Shown: one piece after another, positions 1 through 12,839 of the stretch
How the letters are laid out: every line of letters begins with the position of its first letter
How positions within the stretch are numbered: the stretch's first letter is position 1
Assembly (NCBI RefSeq): GCF_006345805.1
Contig: NC_043011.1
Location: 8,680,001 to 8,744,000 of the forward strand
Length of the DNA: 64,000 nt
Source of the DNA: Octopus sinensis
Lineage: Eukaryota
Direction: 5' to 3'
Translations under genes and position numbers: made by a program
The notes under the pieces: generated by a model
Seen by the model: the letters and a program-made list of their open reading frames with translations, nothing else
The model's database searches: none
What the model was told of the DNA's origin: nothing

Positions 1-657
1 GCCTGTTGTGTGAAATAAAGTGCATTGCCCAAGAACACACTGTATTGCCTAGTCCGGGAATTGAAACCACAACCTTACAATCATGAGTCCATCACCTTAA
101 CCATTAAGCCATGCACCTAGTTTCCACCGACCGAATTCACTCACAAGGCAGTGGTGTGGCTGAGGCTATTTTACTCTTTTACACTGGTTTAAGTCATTTG
201 ACTGCGGCCATACTGGAGCACCGCCTTTTAGTCGAACAAATCGACCCCAGGATTTATTACTTGTAAGCCTAGTACTTATTCTATTGGCCTCTTTTGCCGA
301 ACCGATAAGTTACGGGAACGTAAACAAACCAACATCAGTTGTCAAGCGAGGGTGGGGATGGGGAGGATGGACAAACACAGACACACAAATACATAAATGT
401 ATTTGATGGGCTTCTTTCAGTTTCCTTCTACCAAATCCACTCACACAGTTTTGGTCGGCCCGAGTTTATTGTAGGGGGCACTTGCCCAAGGTGCCATGCA
501 GTGGGACTGAACCTGGAACTATGTGGCTGGGAAGCAAGCTTCTTAGCACACAACCACTCCCGCACCTACTTGCACAAGGTGCTATAGGATTGAACCTGAA
601 ACCACATGGTTATAATGCAAGCTTTTTAATCACCTGGCCATATCTGTGCTTCATTTA

Positions 658-1110
658 TGTATTTTAAAAATTTAAAAATACCTCTGGTATGGAATCAGTC
701 CATCTGCTATTTAAACATTTTCTGTAATTACATAATGCAAATCACCTCACCATTTTGCGGCATAAATTCTAGAAAGTTTGGTCCACTGAAGAATTTGCTG
801 TTATAATGGGGATTCCTTGTCCACTGTAATATTCTTGTTGCCACTATTCCGTTGTTGCGGTATTCCACATCTTATTATCTTTGACTCGTCTATCATGCTA
901 TTGCTGATAGTGCTACAAGGCAATGACTTTGAAACGTCTACCTTGATGGTAACTCGAACTCATACATATCATGTTACTGACACTGACTCCAACTGAGAAC
1001 TCACATGACTCTACTACTACTGACCTCCTACAACGACTGACTGTCTGACTTTATAGTGGCTGGTTCATACCACTTTATCACGTGGGAAGGAGTATACCAT
1101 CTTCACAACA
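658..1110 (-). mobile_element. Putative solo LTR (Gypsy-like)
   Basis: 453 bp with TG...CA termini (TGTA...AACA) flanked by a 4-bp direct repeat TTTA (654-657, 1111-1114); TATAAA on the minus strand suggests orientation. Confidence 0.55.
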
Positions 1111-1607
1111 TTTACCTATCAACATAGATTAGCAAGCATCATCTTAGAGACAGAAGGCAAAGTGGTGAAGGAAGAAGCCAGAAATTCCTCGGCGATATTT
1201 GATCCTTTATGGTTCAGATTATTCTATCAAACATTATTCTTGTTTATTCAAACTGTTTTCAATTTAATCATGTAATATCTCGTAGCTTTGCGATTTCCTT
1301 ATTGTCATTGTTCACTTTTACAATGACATTGTAGGGTGGTTATGTGAGAGACCAGATCCGGCCAGTTTGGACATTAAATAGGTGGAGTATCTGGGCCAGA
1401 TATGGCCAGTTTAAACACCAAAGGGTTAAGTTAAAAAAAGCCCTCCTAAACAACAGTTTACAAGGTAGTTTTCACGTGTTGTGCATCCTTCACATAACAA
1501 AAAAATTGTTTCTTTTTTGTCTCTGGTCATTTCCTGTTTGTTGCTATCAGATCTGGCCAATTTGTATATAAAATGGTGAGCATTTGGACCAGATATGGCG
1601 AATTTAA

Positions 1608-1795
1608 CTCTTTAGCATTCACATTGTTTTGAATTAATCACACATTATCTTTGAACTTCAAGATATCAATGGTGTGTTTGTATATGCATTTAGAATGGCG
1701 TTGTAGAGTAGGTGTGATAGGTTGCATCTGGCCAGTTTTAATGTAAAGCAGGCAGAATATTTGGGCCAGATTTAACCAGCTTAAATGCTAAAGGG
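1608..1795. mobile_element. piggyBac-like MITE family 2 (partial copies about 1215-1430, 6020-6160, 32350-32470, 54100-54250, 59070-59205)
   Basis: TTAA|CTCTTTAGCATT...AATGCTAAAGGG|TTAA. Confidence 0.75.
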
Positions 1796-2523
1796 TTAAA
1801 GTTATTTAGATTAAAACTTTCTGTCCGAACATCATGTTGATTTATCTTCCAAACACCAGCTTAATGAGGACAAAGTTATCTTGCTAAATTGTTAATTATT
1901 TTCAAAATTAATTACAGCAAAGGCAGTGAATTTCAACAAAAATCATCATCATTGTTTTATGTCTGCTTTCCATGCTGGCATGGGTCGGACAGTTTGACTG
2001 GGTACTGGCAAGCTAGAAGGCTGCACCAGGCCCCAATCTGTTCTGGCAAGGTTTCTACAGCTGGGTGCCCTTCCTAATGCCAACCACTCTGAGAGTGTAG
2101 TGGATGCTTTTTACATGCCAGTCAGGTGGCACTGGCATCGACCATGTTCGGATGGCACTTTTTATGTGTTACCAGCACGAGAGTCAGTCGGGCCACTGGC
2201 ATCAACCATGTCCAGATGGCGCTTTTTACGTGTCACAACAAAGGAGCCAGTCAGGGGTCACTGGCATTGACCACATCTAGATGGTGCTTTTTATGTGTCA
2301 CAGCAAGGGAGCCAGTCAGGCGGCACTGGCATCAACCCATACTTGAATGGTGCTTATTACGTGCCACCAGCATGGGTGCCAGTCAGGTGGCACTGGCCCA
2401 ATTAATGGCAACAAAATGATTAACACTTTTGATAGCAATTTACTTGAGAGTCTCCTTGGGTCTATGATGATGATGATAACTCTTAATTAGTGGTATGTTG
2501 TTTTTTTTGGTTCTTTTTTGCAG

Positions 2524-2645
2524 ATTTCTCGAGCTAAGATGCTTGGTGACTGTATAATCCTGACCAGCATGTTGGAATTGTTTGGCACCAATACTCGACC
2601 ATTTTTCAGCGGCAGCAACATTGTAGAAGCAGTACAAAGCAGTAG
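2524..2645 (+). CDS. NAGS: NAGS exon A ([40 protein letters not shown]), AAK domain
   Basis: Acceptor ttttttttggttcttttttgcag, donor AG|gtcagt, phase 0 to 2; the PFFSGS motif matches NAGS PFFGGG. Confidence 0.88.
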
Positions 2646-5600
2646 GTCAGTCATTCTACCATTCTACTACTCTCTCTCTCTCCATATTCTTCAAATTCTT
2701 CCTTCTTCTTTCTTGTTGTTGTTTCTTTTTTTATTATTGTTGTTGTTTTTTCCTTTTCTTTCACAGTTTTTTTGCTTTTAACTTCTTCAGACTTCTTTGT
2801 TTTAGTCTTTTTTGCCTTATTCCTTCTTATTCCTCCTCCTCCTCCTTCTTCTGCTTCTTCTTCTTCTTCCACTTCTCCTTCTTCTTCCGCTTCTCCTTCT
2901 TCTTCTTCCGCTTCTCCTTCTTCTTCTTCCGCTTCTTCTTCTTCTCCTCCTTCTTCTTCTCATCATCATCATTATCATCATCATAATTATTCTCCTCTTC
3001 CTATTTCTTTCATTTTCCTCCTCCTCCTCCTTTTATTCTTCATCTCTTCCTTTTCCTTTCTTATAATAATAATAATAATAACCTTGTTGTATAAATTATT
3101 CTTTCATTTTTCTTTTCTATCTTCTCCTTCTCCCCATTTCTTCTCCTCTTCTTCATTTCCTTTCGTCATTACTTTTCCATTCCTTTTCTCTTTTCTTTTT
3201 CCTCTTCATTTTCCCCTGTCTTCATTTATACCATTTCCCACTATTTCTCTTCCCTCAAGGCATTCAATCCTTTTTTCATCTCCTATTTTTTCTCTTCCAC
3301 ATTTTAATTTCATTTTCTTAATTTTATTTCATTTTCCATTTCCCCCATTTCCTTTCTATTATTTTGTTTTTCTCACCAATAAAATTTATATATTTCGTAA
3401 ATAGAATTATAAGTCTTTATCGTATATTGACTACAGAAAATAGACAAATATTGGGGGAAATATAAGATGGTGACCTAACAGAATCGTTAGCACACTTGGC
3501 AGAATGCTTAGTGGCATGTCATCTGTCTTCACATATTGAGTTCAAATTCTGTCAAGGTCGACTTTGCCTTTCATCCTCTTGGGGTTGATAAAATAAGCAC
3601 CAGTTGAACGCTGGGTTTAATATAATCAACTTACACCCTCCCTCTAAATTGCTGGCCTTGTGCCAAAATTTGGAATCAATATTATTTAACCCTTCCATTA
3701 CCGACCCGGCTGAAACCAGTTCTGGCTCTGTAGTACAAATGTCTTGTTTTCATAAGTTTTGAATTAAAATCTTCCACCAAACCTTAGTCACAATTTATGT
3801 TCCTAACACTAGCTGAATGATTACAAAGTTATTTTGCTAAATTCTTTGATATATTTAAAATTAATTGAAAGAAACACGGAGCATCTCAAAAGAAATATGG
3901 TAACGAAAGAGTTAAGGCAGCAAGCTGGAAGAATCGTTAACATGCCAAGCAAAATTCTCAGTGGCATTTTTTTCTGTCTTCATGTTCTGAGTTCAAATTC
4001 TGCCATAGTCAACTTTGCCTTTCATCCTTTTGGGTTTGGTAAAATAAGTACCAGTTGAATACTGGGGTTGATGTAATCAACTTACTCCCTCCACAGAAAT
4101 TGCTGGCCTTGTGCCAAAATTTGAAATCAATATTAGGGCATATAAACCAACTTCCGTGCCAGTGGCACATAAAAGGGCACCATTTGAGTGTGATCATTTG
4201 AGTGTGTGCCTTACTGGCACTTGTGCCCATACTAGTAGGGTGCCGAGAGGCACCATCCAAGCATGATCATTGCCAGAACAGCCAAGTGGCTTCCATGCCG
4301 GTGGCACATAAAAGGGCACCATTCAAGTGTGATTGTTACCAACGTCGCCTTACTGGCACGTAAAAAGCACCCACTACACTCTCGGAGTGGTTGGCATTAG
4401 GAAGGGCATCCAGCTGTAGAAACTCTGCCAGATCAAGATTGGAGCCCGGTGCGGCCATCTGGTTCACCAGCCCTCTGTCAAAATCATCCAACCCATGCTA
4501 GCATGGAAAGCGGACGTTAAACGATGATGATGATGATGATAAAATCCCATAATGGAAAAAAAACATGCATTAGTGTGCATGGGAATTGAACCCACGCCTC
4601 ATATTACCACACCAAACAAAAAGGTGTGGATTTGATTGTCATGCATACTAATGCCCATTTTTTTCTGTTACGGGCATTTATACACCCTAATGTTAGGCAG
4701 TAAGCTGGTGGAATCATTACTGTGTCAGACAAAATATTTTGTAGAATTTCTTGTGGTGCTTTACATTCTGAGTTCAAATGCCACTCGTGTCAATTTAGCT
4801 TTCCATCCTTTTGGGATCATTAAAATAAGTACCAAGAGAGTTCTGGGGTCAATGTAATGCTGGTCTTATGCCAAAATTTGAACCCAATTTTAGACTATTT
4901 TCTATAATCAATATCCGGTGAAGGCTTGTATTTCTATTTACAAAATTTCAATTGCTACCGTTTCCTAATTCATGCAGAATTTGCACATGTTTATCTATTT
5001 ATTTATTCCAGTAATAGCGTTTTCGGCAAAGTGAGTGCTATAAACAGCGACCCAATCAAATGGTGTTTGCATTCCAAACACGTCCCGATCATTCCCGCTG
5101 TTGGTGAGACGCCGTCCGGTCAGATTTTGGCTGTCGATCTCTGGAACGTCACTGAAGAAATTTCCAAAGCACTTCAACCCCTCAAAGTAATGAAAATCAA
5201 CCTGAAAGGCGGCTTTCTTGATGAAGAAGGCCATGTAAGTAGGACTTTTAGACTAACACCCTAGTCATTAAACACCTAAGAGAATTTGGTAAGGAGTAAA
5301 TCATTTTACCGTCTTGAAAGAAAAGGGACAGCAACATGGCTAATCCATTCCATTGCTTTAAAAAATCTGCAGAAAATATAACTTGATTAACCCTTCAAGA
5401 TTGACAAAGAACCAAGATATATGGTACATTGGTGTACTCAAGATGACCAGCCCACCACAACAGAATTGCTGTCCTAAAATCACCTTAGTAATGCTTGACC
5501 ATGAGGGGAACTGGTGCTGGTGCCATGAAAAAGGGCGCCGGTGATGGTACCATGTATAAGAACACTGGTGCTGGTGCCATGAAAAAGGGCGCCGGTGATG

Positions 5601-6667
5601 GTACCATGTATAAGAACACTGGTGCTGGTGCCTCATAAAAAATGCTGGTGTTGGTGTGACATAAAAAGCTCTAGTAAATGTGTCACATAAAAACATTGGT
5701 GCTGGTGCCACATGCAGAATACTTTCGCTGGTGCCATGGTAAAAAATATTGGTGCTGGTGCTATGTTAAAAGCACCCAATACTCTCTAAAGTGGCTGGCG
5801 TTAGGAAGGACATCCAGTTATAGAAACCAAGCCAAGGCAGATAATGGAATTTTGTGTGACTCCTGACCATGCCAGATCCTGTCAAACCGTCTAACCCATA
5901 CTAGCATGGAAAACAGATGTCTGATGATGGTAATGATGATGATTTCTGCTGAAATACAATGCCATTGTTTCAATTTGGAAAATAAGGCATAAAATTAAGT
6001 AAAAATACTTTGTTGTTATCAACCCATTAGCATTTAAACTGGCCAAATCTGACCCAAATATTCTGCCTAAGTTATGTCCAGACCAGATCCAGCTTCTCAT
6101 ACTTACCCTACAATGTCGTTTTCAAAATAAACAATCACATCATTAAAATCTCAAGGCCACATTTTTTCCTTAAGAAGTCCCATTTTATATGCATGTGTCG
6201 CCTAGCAACCAGTGTTGCTGTTTTTGTGTCCCCCTTAACTTAGCAGTTTGGCAAAAGAGTCTGATAGAATAAGCAGCAGGTTTTGAAAAAGTAAATTCTT
6301 TTGATTTATTTGATTAAAATTCTCCAAGGTGGTGCCCCAGCATGGCCACACTCTAATGCCTGAAACAAGTAAAAGATAAAAAAATAAAAAAATATTGTCA
6401 AGAATTCAGAAGAGCCAAAATAAAACTTGCTAATTACCCTACATTTCTTCTCATCAGCAATTAGACAAACTAAACAGGAAACGAAGTAGGATATCCTGAT
6501 TGTTTATAAATAATCAGTAACACACACACACACACACAAAAGAAAAATGATCTTTGTGTGGGACTTCTCTACCGAAATATCTCTCTACACACCCGTGTGT
6601 ATACAGCTATCTCTAAATCTCTATATTTATCTGTGTATGTATCTATTTAAGCCTCTCTTTCTCACAT

Positions 6668-6713
<46 letters not shown>

Positions 6714-7386
6714 GGAGAAAGAGAAAGAAGTTTATAAATATATATAATAATCATTATTTGAGGGAATAAAATCCAAACTTACAAGGAAAAAAATTCAATT
6801 TAGAAAAACTAAATCAAATTTCACACAATATAATATATGTATATAAAAAATTAGAAAAAAAACACCTTTTATCAATTCAAAATGAACAATTAAATTACAC
6901 CATCTAGAAAATTACATATAATGGAAAAATTGAAATTAAAATAGCAATAAAATGTCAAAGATTAAGTAAATTGCAAAAAACAATAATAAATACCTATTAT
7001 ATACGTTTTTATTATTTTTTGCAATTTACTTAATCTTTGACATTTTATTGCTATTTTAATTTCAGCTTTTCCATTATATGTAATTTTCTAGATGGTGTAA
7101 TTTAATTGTTCATTTTGAATTGATAAAAGGTGGGTTTTTTCTAATTTTATATATATATATAGAGAGAGATGGAATGATAGATAGGTGTGTATATGAATTG
7201 CTCAAAATACGGATTAGAAAAACAGCCAACAACTGATGAAGGGTCGTTCTTTGTGTTGCTTGTCTTGTTTCTCATTTGTTTCTTTCGTTGCTTGCCAAAA
7301 GAAAGTTCACATTCCATCTCCTTCGTATTTCACGTTTTCCTATTTTATGTTGTTTACGTTTTGCAACGTCCTGTGCCTGCACCTGC

Positions 7387-7450
<64 letters not shown>

Positions 7451-8385
7451 GAATTTTTGCTTAATGAGATAAAAAAAACCAAGGCTGTATAGTTATTAGA
7501 GCATTTATAGATAGAAGGTCTTACAGCTGTTTCTAGAATATTAATTAATAATAATATCCCTTCATCGGAGACGGTGTGAGAGGAAAAATTAAGTCATAGT
7601 TAGTTTCAATATGATACAAATAGAGAGTGAGGTGGAGGGAAGAAAATAGATGCAAGATATGTATGGGGGTTGAAGTTGTAAATCTGTTTTATATATATAT
7701 ATATATATATATGGAGAAAGAGAAAGAAGTTTATAAATATATATAATAATCATTATTTGAGGGAATAAAATCCAAACTTACAAGGAAAAAAATTCAATTT
7801 AGAAAAACTAAATCAAATTTCACACAATATAATATATGTATATAAAAAATTAGAAAAAAAACACCTTTTATCAATTCAAAATGAACAATTAAATTACACC
7901 ATCTAGAAAATTACATATAATGGAAAAATTGAAATTAAAATAGCAATAAAATGTCAAAGATTAAGTAAATTGCAAAAAACAATAATAAATACCTATTATA
8001 TACGTTTTTATTATTTTTTGCAATTTACTTAATCTTTGACATTTTATTGCTATTTTAATTTCAGCTTTTCCATTATATGTAATTTTCTAGATGGTGTAAT
8101 TTAATTGTTCATTTTGAATTGATAAAAGGTGGGTTTTTTCTAATTTTATATATATATATAGAGAGAGATGGAATGATAGATAGGTGTGTATATGAATTGC
8201 TCAAAATACGGATTAGAAAAACAGCCAACAACTGATGAAGGGTCGTTCTTTGTGTTGCTTGTCTTGTTTCTCATTTGTTTCTTTCGTTGCTTGCCAAAAG
8301 AAAGTTCACATTCCATCTCCTTCGTATTTCACGTTTTCCTATTTTATGTTGTTTACGTTTTGCAACGTCCTGTGCCTGCACCTGC

Positions 8386-8430
<45 letters not shown>

Positions 8431-8967
8431 CATATATATATATATGAATTTTTTGCTTAATGAGATAAAAAAAACCAAGGCTGTATAGTTATTAGAGCAT
8501 TTATAGATAGAAGGTCTTACAGCTGTTTCTAGAATATTAATTAATAATAATATCCCTTCATCGGAGACGGTGTGAGAGGAAAAATTAAGTCATAGTTAGT
8601 TTCAATATGATACAAATAGAGAGTGAGGTGGAGGGAAGAAAATAGATGCAAGATATGTATGGGGGTTGAAGTTGTAAATCTGTTTTATATATATATATAT
8701 ATATATGTAAGTTTGTACATATATGTATGTATATATATATATATATATGTAAGTTTGTACATATATGTATGTATATATGTATATGTATATATGTATATGT
8801 ATATATTATTTATATTATCATATATATATATATACATACATGTATATATTCATGAACACATCCGTGTGTGTTTATGTAAGGTGAAGGGTGAGCTATATGT
8901 GTTTATTTTATAGAGGTATAATGTCTGGAAGAAAGTGTTTCTTTCTCCTTGTCACTCTGTTTCTTTG

Positions 8968-9003
<36 letters not shown>

Positions 9004-9795
9004 ACCATTTATCCAATGAGAGAATCTTAACCCAGTTCTTTCCGATTTAGCATCTACCCACACCCCACAGGGCATCTGTTTTCTTCATGTGTGTGTATAA
9101 TGACTGATGTATGCGGATAATGATGTGTTTGCGTGTGCACAGCTGTGCATAGCTGGTGTTCATACTGATGTGTGTGTATATGTGTGTGCATATGTATATA
9201 TCTGGTGCATGCAATGGTGTTTATCTAAGCCTGTGTGTGTGTGTGTGTGCAGGTAAATGCAGGAATTGGAGAAAGGGATGTTAATGAGGATGTTAGTTGC
9301 GGTGGCGGTTATGATGGTGGTGGTGGTGGTGGTGGTGTTGTTAGTAGCTGTAGTGAGATGATGAGGATGGTGATGATTAAAATAATGCCTCCCTGTGTAC
9401 GTGTGTTTATGTGTGTGTCTTTATATCTGTGTGTGCATGTGTGTATCTGTGTGTGTGTATTTGTGTATATGTCTAAGTTTTTACCTGATATATGGGAATA
9501 TATGTGTGTGTGTGTCTGCCTGTATATGTGTATGTATGTATAAATATGTGTGTGTGTGGTGTGTGTATGTATGTGTGTATATATATGTGTGTATATATGT
9601 ATATATATATGTGTATATATATATGTATATATAAAAATATATGTGTATGTATATGTATGTATATATATGTATATATATGTGTGTATGTATATATATATAT
9701 GTGTGTGTGTGTATATATATGTACATATGTATATATATATATGTGTGTGTGTGTGTGTATATATATTATATATATATATATGTATATATATGTAC

Positions 9796-9867
<72 letters not shown>

Positions 9868-12315
9868 TGAGAGTGCAATTTCATGTTTGTGTTTGCTTCT
9901 GACATTCATTGACGTCAAAATCCTGTTCGGGTTTCACTGTCTCTTGTAAAACAGATACCTCTTCTCCCCCCTCCCGTCTCTACAGCAACAGCTGGTGGCT
10001 GTGGTTGTGGGGTGGCAGCTAGTGACAGGGCTGATGATGATGGTGATGGTGGTGTGTAGTGTGTGTGGGGAGGAGAGTTAAGGTAAATTAAAGTAGTGAT
10101 GACGATGATGATGCTGGTTGTATTCGTAGTTGTGGCTAGGAAGGTGGTGAGGATGGCGATGTTGATATTAGTTGTAGGTGGCAGCAGCAGTGGTGCAGCT
10201 GCTGTTGCTGGTGTTGGTGATGATAGAGATGGGGTAGCTAACTGCTGGGGTGGTTGAGGTGGTGCTAACTGCTATAAGAGTGTTAATGGCAATTGTGATG
10301 ATGATGATGACGATGACATTTCCAGTGGTGGTGGTGGTGGTGGTGGTTGCAATGCCAGTAATTGTGATTATGATGATGATGATGTTTAGTTGCCTCTTAG
10401 TTTGGAGGAAAAGAAGAAAAAAAATTACAAGTGAAAAAAAATAGAAAATAAAATATGAAATACATGTATGACAAAGACAGGTGCATCATTGCTCGACTGT
10501 CATAATATTGCACTCTGCCCCTTGCAAATACTCCACCAGGGTTATCAGTTGAGTCACTCCCCACCCCACCTCATCCCAGGAGCCTAGCATGTTAATACAG
10601 TCAATGTTTTCCACTTACAATGCCTGGTGTTAAATGAATTTATAGAATTTAGGAGTAGCTGTGTGCTAAGAAGCTTGCTTCCCAACCACATGGTCCTGGG
10701 TTCAGTCCCGTTCCATGGTACCTTGAACAAATGTCTCCTACTATAGTCTTGGGCCGACCAAAGTATTGGTAGTTAGAAGGAAGGCCTATTATTGTTATTC
10801 TCCTGAATTATTTTCTGATTCTGTCTATTAGTTTGCCTGAAATTTTTACTTTTGAGCTGCATATACAACTCTTTTGCTCAGGAAGGTAAAGTTAGACACC
10901 AGGGCCCAGGCCTGAGAGGGTTAATAATGACAAGGTTATTTTTAAAGAACGTTCTTCATTATTTTCAAAATTAATTGAAAGAATGGCGGTTGTATATGGA
11001 ATCTGAAATCTGGTAACAAAAGGATTGGTGATTTTGCAAAACCCACAATATTGGTGATGCTGATGATGATGCTTATATCCAAGGGAATTTTTTCTTCTAA
11101 AGAGCCGATTGACTAACTCTGTGGCACTGGTTCCCTTGAGTAGGAATTACCATGTGACCAATGCTCCATACACACACTTCTTGTATGAAGTATATAGATG
11201 CAGATTCACATGCGTAACTGATAACAGGCACTCCACCGGTTACGATGGCAAGTGTTCCAGCTGATCCGATCAATGGAACAGCCCCGCTCGTCAAATTAAC
11301 ATGCAAGTGGCTGAGCATACCACAGACACGTGTACCCTTAATGTAGTTTCCTGGGAGATTCAGCGTGACACAGAGTGTGACAAGGGTGGGCCTTGGAATA
11401 CAGGTACAACTCATTTTTGCCAGCTGAGTGGACTGGAGCAATGTGAAATAAAGTGTCTTGCTCAAGGACACAACATGTTGCTGGGAATTGAACTCACGGC
11501 CTTATGACTGTGAGTCAAAAACTGCTGATGACTAAGCCACGTGTCTTCTTGGTTTACATACACATACATGGACATGCACACACATTCTGACATTGAAATA
11601 ATACAACACCCACTTAAAGTACTTTTGGGTTTAATTAGATTAATCAGTAACATAATATCCATAATGAAATAATACCAATATTTTTATTGTATTATTAAAT
11701 AACAAATTACATGTTGTAAAGATCAATAATCTCCATATAATAACAGCCAATCTAAATAAATGCTGGTTAATCCTTCCAGTCACATTTTACATCATATATA
11801 GAGGGGAGAGGGAGAGAGAGTGAGTAAAAATAATAAAGGGAGAGTTAAAATAAGGGGTGCAGGTTGAGAGTGCATACTAGGCTTGGTGGCAGGCAATACT
11901 CTTTTTTCTTTGAGGAAATTTTGCAAAGAAAAGTCTCCAATGAAGTAGATTGTGCTTATGTTGATGAAAGAAAACAAAAAGAGGAAAGCAAAACATATTT
12001 ATTACAAATATACAAACAATAGATTTGTTTTATTTAATTTTATTTTAAGCTAAAAAAATATATTTTTCTTTTAAAAATTGATATTCATTATTTCATCATT
12101 TCACATGGGCACCAAGACATTGGATAAAAAAATTAATTTCACAAACGTAATCCTTTCCCAAATAAATTGCACTTCATATTCGAGGCTTCGATGAAGCTTT
12201 AAGATGCTATTCAGGCACTCAACTTAGAGTCCACTGCATCTTACAGCAGAAACACCAGTAAGCTAATGAAATTCACAAGATAATCATTCATTCCTTTGCC
12301 ATCTCTCTTTCTAAA

Positions 12316-12353
<38 letters not shown>

Positions 12354-12799
12354 CAAATAAGAAAATAGAGGAACAAATTTAGTTTGTTCATCAACTTTTG
12401 AATATTAGAATGTTGAATTATTTATTCATTTAATAAAATAAGAACCTTAATAGCATACATATATATCTTATAATTCAATACATATAAGATAAGAATACAA
12501 ATTATAAAAATCAAATTATTGAAATCATTAAAATCACTTCTTACAGCTGTTTCAGCCTATGGTTAAAAGTAGTTAATTTTATTTCTATTGCCTATAGTTG
12601 TCAATATATTGACGTTGTAGGCATTTAAGAATAGGGTACTTATATATATAACCATAGGCCTCATCAGAGTTTATAAGGAACTTCAAAAATATTAATATTA
12701 ATACATTTATGTATTAAGAATCTGGGTACTTTACCAACAGTATATTGGATAAATACTATCCCTTGGTGGGTTACACCCATAACCCCTAACTTACTTTGT

Positions 12800-12839
<40 letters not shown>

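Larger units (their letters stand above)
6712..8706. repeat. Near-perfect direct tandem duplication of an about 999-bp unit
   Basis: Offset 999 at the start (6714/7713) and 996 at the end; differences seen only in the (TA)n length and a T-run; junctions are (TA)n. Confidence 0.95.

Noticed and set aside
1551-1575. Possible 25-nt upstream NAGS micro-exon (atcag|...aaaatg|gtgagc)
   Set aside because: It lies among MITE-derived sequence and SGQFVYKM has no resemblance to NAGS; upstream exons are probably outside the window.
5012-5017. In-frame alternative acceptors 6 nt downstream at exon B (TAATAG) and exon G (TTACAG, 24755-24760)
   Set aside because: Possible tandem-acceptor variants but there is no evidence without RNA data; the proximal AG follows the pyrimidine tract and preserves homology.
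7228-7310. Plus-strand CTGATGAAGGG as another hammerhead
   Set aside because: No stem II partner or GAAA-palindrome-NUH follows.
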